Assembly: GCA_036867785.1 (NCBI GenBank)
Contig: CP145419.1
Span: 248,001-312,000, forward strand
Origin: Plasmodiophora brassicae
Lineage: Eukaryota
DNA length: 64,000 bases
Direction: 5' to 3'
Positions within the stretch are counted from its first letter, which is position 1. Every line of letters starts with the position of its first letter. Below, piece by piece: positions 60,202-64,000 of the stretch. Below the pieces are notes generated by a model. The model was not told the DNA's origin, made no database searches, and worked only from the letters and a program-made list of their open reading frames with translations. A program made the translations under genes and the position numbers.

Positions 60202-60750
60202 TTACGCCAGCCAGGGTCGGGCGTCGTTCTCCTCGAGCCAGGCAATGATGGCGCCTGCCGTTCGCTTCGGATGCCCAGTTCGCTCAGTGATCCATTGTAC
60301 AGCGCCCATCTCGGCGCGAATCGCGAGCAGTTTAAGCGTTCGTCGCCATTCTACCATGGCGACGACGTCGTCGGCAGCCGGTCTAGATGGGACGATGCTG
60401 CCTGCGAAATAGCTCAGCAACGGGAGCAAGTGCCGTCTGACACGAGACCGGACGCGAGACGCTGGACGACGCACGTCTCGAGGGAGCCCGACGATAGGCG
60501 TGTCGAGGAACGCGGTCGTGTAACACGCAATGAACATGGCCCTGGGCGTCTTGTTCTTCAGCGTCGTTAGCTCGACGGGAAAGGCGTGCATCACGTCGGC
60601 CAGGGTGTCATGGAGACGGGCCAGCGTGTTCATCATGCTGATTTCCTGGCCGCTGATTCGTGCCACCCTGCGGCGACCCATGAGATCCTCCGCATCAGGT
60701 TCCAATCGTTCTGGTGGTGCATCGCACTCCCGTTTCCGCTTCCTGCTCAT
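60202..60750 (-). CDS. Intronless hypothetical protein with a basic N-terminal NLS-like motif
   Basis: 182-aa ORF starting MSRKRKRE. Confidence 0.5.
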   Translation of the reverse strand: MSRKRKRECDAPPERLEPDAEDLMGRRRVARISGQEISMMNTLARLHDTLADVMHAFPVELTTLKNKTPRAMFIACYTTAFLDTPIVGLPRDVRRPASRVRSRVRRHLLPLLSYFAGSIVPSRPAADDVVAMVEWRRTLKLLAIRAEMGAVQWITERTGHPKRTAGAIIAWLEENDARPWLA

Positions 60751-60776
60751 TCCGAACTCGCAATAGCGGTCCCGCC

Positions 60777-61728
60777 TAGAGATGGCAGCGGGTCGACCCG
60801 ACCCGAGTCGACCCGGGTCGACCCGACCCGACCCGACTCACCCGTGGGGGTTCCCAGTCGACCCGGGTCAGACCCGCCGCGCCCGCCCATGACCCGGGTC
60901 GACCCGGGTCGACCCGGGTCATGGACCTGCAGTTGGCATAGAGGACTTGGGGGTGGCAGACACTGATCTCGACAGACTCGACTCTCGGCCCTCGGGGTGC
61001 CGGGACTTGCTGACGGCCGGCCCGCCGTCCCTGGCCGCAGATTGGGCTCCGGAGTCAAGGCGATCCTCTGGATCGAGCACCTTCATGTTGTGTCAACGTA
61101 CACTCGTCGTCGAGTTTACTTGGCACTAGAGTGCTCGCAAGAATGCCAAGATTGCAAGTCACTCAGTTGCAGACGGCGCCACTTCAAATCCCGAATCTTC
61201 TTCGTTGGATGCGACGACAGCGATAAACAGCCTGCGAACTTTGCTAAAGTCGAACGAAAAGCACCCAGACCACCTAGAGAAGTGAAGCTTCCAGCGAGTC
61301 CTTCGAGAACGAACTGCAGCGGTGGTTCTCCCACCGGAAATGTCAGGGGAGAAGAGCGCCCGTGACGTTCGCACGTGGTTCAAGGTTAGTTAGCAACTGT
61401 TTCCACGGGTCGCGATGAGGGCACGTGACTTCATGGGCTTCAACCTCGGTTACGCCGCACGCGCCTGAGCGACCCAGCGGGCCAGCAGCGAGTGCCATAT
61501 GCGAATTGAAGTCCTTCAGACGACGTATTCTATTAATTCGTCGACAGTCATGTCTTATGGAGGTGTTTCCCGGCCAGTGGCCTGACATTCATTCCGACCC
61601 GGGTCGACCCGGGTCTGACCCGGGTCTGACCCGGGTCCGACCCGTTGGCCTCAGGACTCGACCCGGGTCAGACCCGACTCGGCAGGTCCCTGACCCGCCC
61701 GACCCGGGTCGACCCGTTGACATTACTA
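60777..61728. mobile_element. Non-autonomous hAT DNA transposon (952 bp)
   Basis: 8-bp TSD gtcccgcc at 60769-60776 and 61729-61736; imperfect TIRs tagagatggcagcgggtcgacccg / tagtaatgtcaacgggtcgacccg (rc); subterminal gacccg/cgggtc clusters at both ends. Confidence 0.93.
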
Positions 61729-62029
61729 GTCCCGCCCGGGCCCCAGCCTCAAGAACCAGGGGCTGCCACCTGATGAACTTGTCCCACTCGACGTTCGACA
61801 CTGGGGACGGCCCCCTGTCCGCATGAGGTGTGGGGCGCGTCGGGTCTGGAACGTTCCAGCACCCTCTCGAGCCTAAAGTTCTGGATGCCCAGGATCCATG
61901 CCGGCCATCGTATTGCGTCCGGCGGGTTGACCGCTCGTCAGTTTCGATAACGATGCGGTCGATCAAGGTGGTCCTCCTGTTTATGGGTAGGTGCCATCGA
62001 TTGACCCCATCCCCTAATAATTGCTGACC

Positions 62030-62362
62030 ATGATCTACCTAGTCGCCATGCTCGTCGTCGTTCAGTTAGCTGACGCTGTGTCGACTACGTCGAAGAGGCG
62101 GATGCCAACGACCAAGAAGGCGACGATACCGGTTACCAGGATGACGGCCACGACGGCGGCCAGGAAGGCGACGTTGAAGATGAGCTCCAGCAAGGCTGGG
62201 GCAGGACTGACGCATACGGCAAAGGCGACGACGAAAGCCGCGGGAGGAACGGCACCTTCGCCAACGTCCGCTCCCACACGCACCTCCGACGTCGTCGCTC
62301 AGCAATCGTCCGGTTGGTTGCTGACCCTGGCCGCACTGATGCAGGTCGCCTTCATCTTCTAG
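62030..62362 (+). CDS. Small secreted Thr/Lys/Ala-rich, probably GPI-anchored protein
   Basis: Signal MIYLVAMLVVVQLADA; C-terminal SSGWLLTLAALMQVAFIF. Confidence 0.7.
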   Translation: MIYLVAMLVVVQLADAVSTTSKRRMPTTKKATIPVTRMTATTAARKATLKMSSSKAGAGLTHTAKATTKAAGGTAPSPTSAPTRTSDVVAQQSSGWLLTLAALMQVAFIF

Positions 62363-62575
62363 CCATCATCATCTGCACGCCGGCCACCTGCTGTTCCATA
62401 ATACACGACGCCGCCCCGTCTCGCCTCGTGTCGAAACCCGGTTCGCATGACGTCGAACGGATGCGCCGCCAAGTTGAGTCACTCCTCGACATGTTGCGGG
62501 TCGAGCGAGCCGACCTCATCAGGTGATGACGCCAATACGAATTTCACAGGAAGACCAGAGACGTCAACGGTAGGC

Positions 62576-63022
62576 ATGAAGGCGTTTGTCGTGGCGATGA
62601 TGGCAATTGGCGCGGTGGCGGCCGGAAGTGCACCATCGGACTGCGACCTCGGGACCTGCCTGTCTGTCGATTGCAAATCCAGCGACTGCTTCGCGTCGTC
62701 GAACTGGCCGACCGACTCGTCCCAGAAAGTGTCGCCCGGCATCTGCAGCGCGTTCACGTCGTGTATGGACGCGAAACCAGCGGGATGCTACTTCGGCGCC
62801 ACGGCGGCCATGTCCTACGAGCAGTGGTGCGGCAAGACCGTCCCGTCGCAACGATGCCACACGTTCCCCGACGGCCACCTCGACAGCTACAACACGCTGT
62901 CTTGCTATAAGTCGACCGGGACCACCTCGGCGGCGACGGCACCCGCCAGCGGACCCTTATCGTTGGTTCTCTGGACCCTGACGTGCATTGCGGTCCTCGT
63001 CGTGCCGCTCAACCAGCCCTAA
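62576..63022 (+). CDS. Small secreted Cys-rich, probably GPI-anchored protein
   Basis: Signal MKAFVVAMMAIGAVAA; 10 Cys in a ~90-aa mature domain; Thr/Ser linker; hydrophobic C-terminus. Confidence 0.78.
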   Translation: MKAFVVAMMAIGAVAAGSAPSDCDLGTCLSVDCKSSDCFASSNWPTDSSQKVSPGICSAFTSCMDAKPAGCYFGATAAMSYEQWCGKTVPSQRCHTFPDGHLDSYNTLSCYKSTGTTSAATAPASGPLSLVLWTLTCIAVLVVPLNQP

Positions 63023-63167
63023 AATACAGCCGCAAAAACGACCGCCAAAATGGCCCCCACGTTTGCGATAGTCTTTTTGGGCGGATGATGACTGTCAAGC
63101 CGAGGTGGTGCCGTGCGACGGTTCCCCTCGCACACGGTCATTCGACTATAAGGGGGGTTGCCGCAAC

Positions 63168-63950
63168 ATGGCACAGTTCGGGGAGGTGGGGTCGTTGGTG
63201 AGTACTGTGGCGGCAGCACGTGTTTACGTGTGCATGTAGCTGGTGCTCGTCCTCGGCGATATGCACATCCCGATGCGGACAGATAAACTGCCGGCCCAGT
63301 TCAAGACCTTGCTGGTGCGTGTGGGCAATCGGCCACTTCTGGCATGGTCGTCCTTATCGTCATGACAGGTCCCCGGGAAGATGCAGCATATTCTTTGCAC
63401 GGGCAATCTGTGCTCCAGGCAAGCGTTTGACCACCTGAAGACGATCGCGAGCAGCGTGCATGTCGCAAGGGGCGACTACGACGTGGACACTGATTTTCCT
63501 GAGCATTGTACCGTGAAGATCGGCAATTTCACGATAGGAGTCATGTCAGGGCCATTGTTCTCTGCTCCTACTGTCTGGCTCTGACTTGTGGAGGTAACAT
63601 CAGACACGGGCATCAAGTCCTCCCATGGGGTGACAGCGATGCTCTGGCCCAGATCCAGTCCCAGCTCGGCGTGGATATCCTGATCTCTGGGCACACTCAC
63701 AAGCAGGAGGTCTACGAACTCAACGGCAAGTACTTTGTGAATCCCGGGTCGGCGACAGGGGCGTACAGCCCAACCGAAGGGTATCGTGTTTCCAGTGGCA
63801 CTGTTGGCTGTGCCTAATGCTTGGTATAGGGAGGTTGTGCCCAGTTTCGTCCTCATGGCCATCAAGGACGACAAGGTTGTCACGTACGTCTACGAGCTCC
63901 GCGACGGCGAGGTCAAGGTCAGCAAATCGGAACACGTCAAATCCAAGTGA
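63168..63950 (+). CDS. VPS29: Retromer subunit VPS29
   Basis: [76 protein letters not shown]. Confidence 0.97.
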
Positions 63951-64000
63951 TGATTGGCGGTCGCGAGATTCCTGTCACTAAATGTACGCGGCCTGGATTC

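Noticed and set aside
60947..61588. Transposase inside the hAT element
   Set aside because: Internal ORFs are short and lack recognisable BED, DDE or dimerisation motifs, so the element is treated as non-autonomous.

Overview
Compact, intron-rich eukaryotic DNA. It is GC-rich, with short (mostly ~50-75 nt) GT-AG introns, frequent CTGAC/CTAAC branch points and often very short intergenic gaps. Flagellar genes plus secreted BTB-ankyrin and BTB-RING proteins suggest a plasmodiophorid such as Plasmodiophora brassicae; this is an inference, not a database result. Conserved multi-exon genes: a TTLL tubulin glutamylase (partial), Nup62/Nsp1, a Wee1-type kinase, SF3A3/Prp9, GCN2, a purple acid phosphatase, LSm4, a sigma-like GST, a helical+GRAM+VASt lipid-transfer protein, dynactin p62, TAF5, a Cas1p/RWA O-acetyltransferase, CFAP61 and VPS29. 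Between them lie orphan, often intronless, signal-peptide proteins (effector or surface candidates, two possibly bacterial in origin) and rearranged DNA. The rearranged DNA includes a complete 952-bp non-autonomous hAT element with an 8-bp TSD, a scrambled hAT-transposase relic forming two long inverted repeats, a duplicated RING exon, and a tandem duplication with a perfect 24-bp hairpin at its junction. There is also a TTAGGG-containing 24-bp minisatellite that lies with a G21 run between short inverted repeats. No CRISPR array, rRNA or convincing tRNA was seen. Gene spans include introns and were modelled by eye, so boundaries are approximate.
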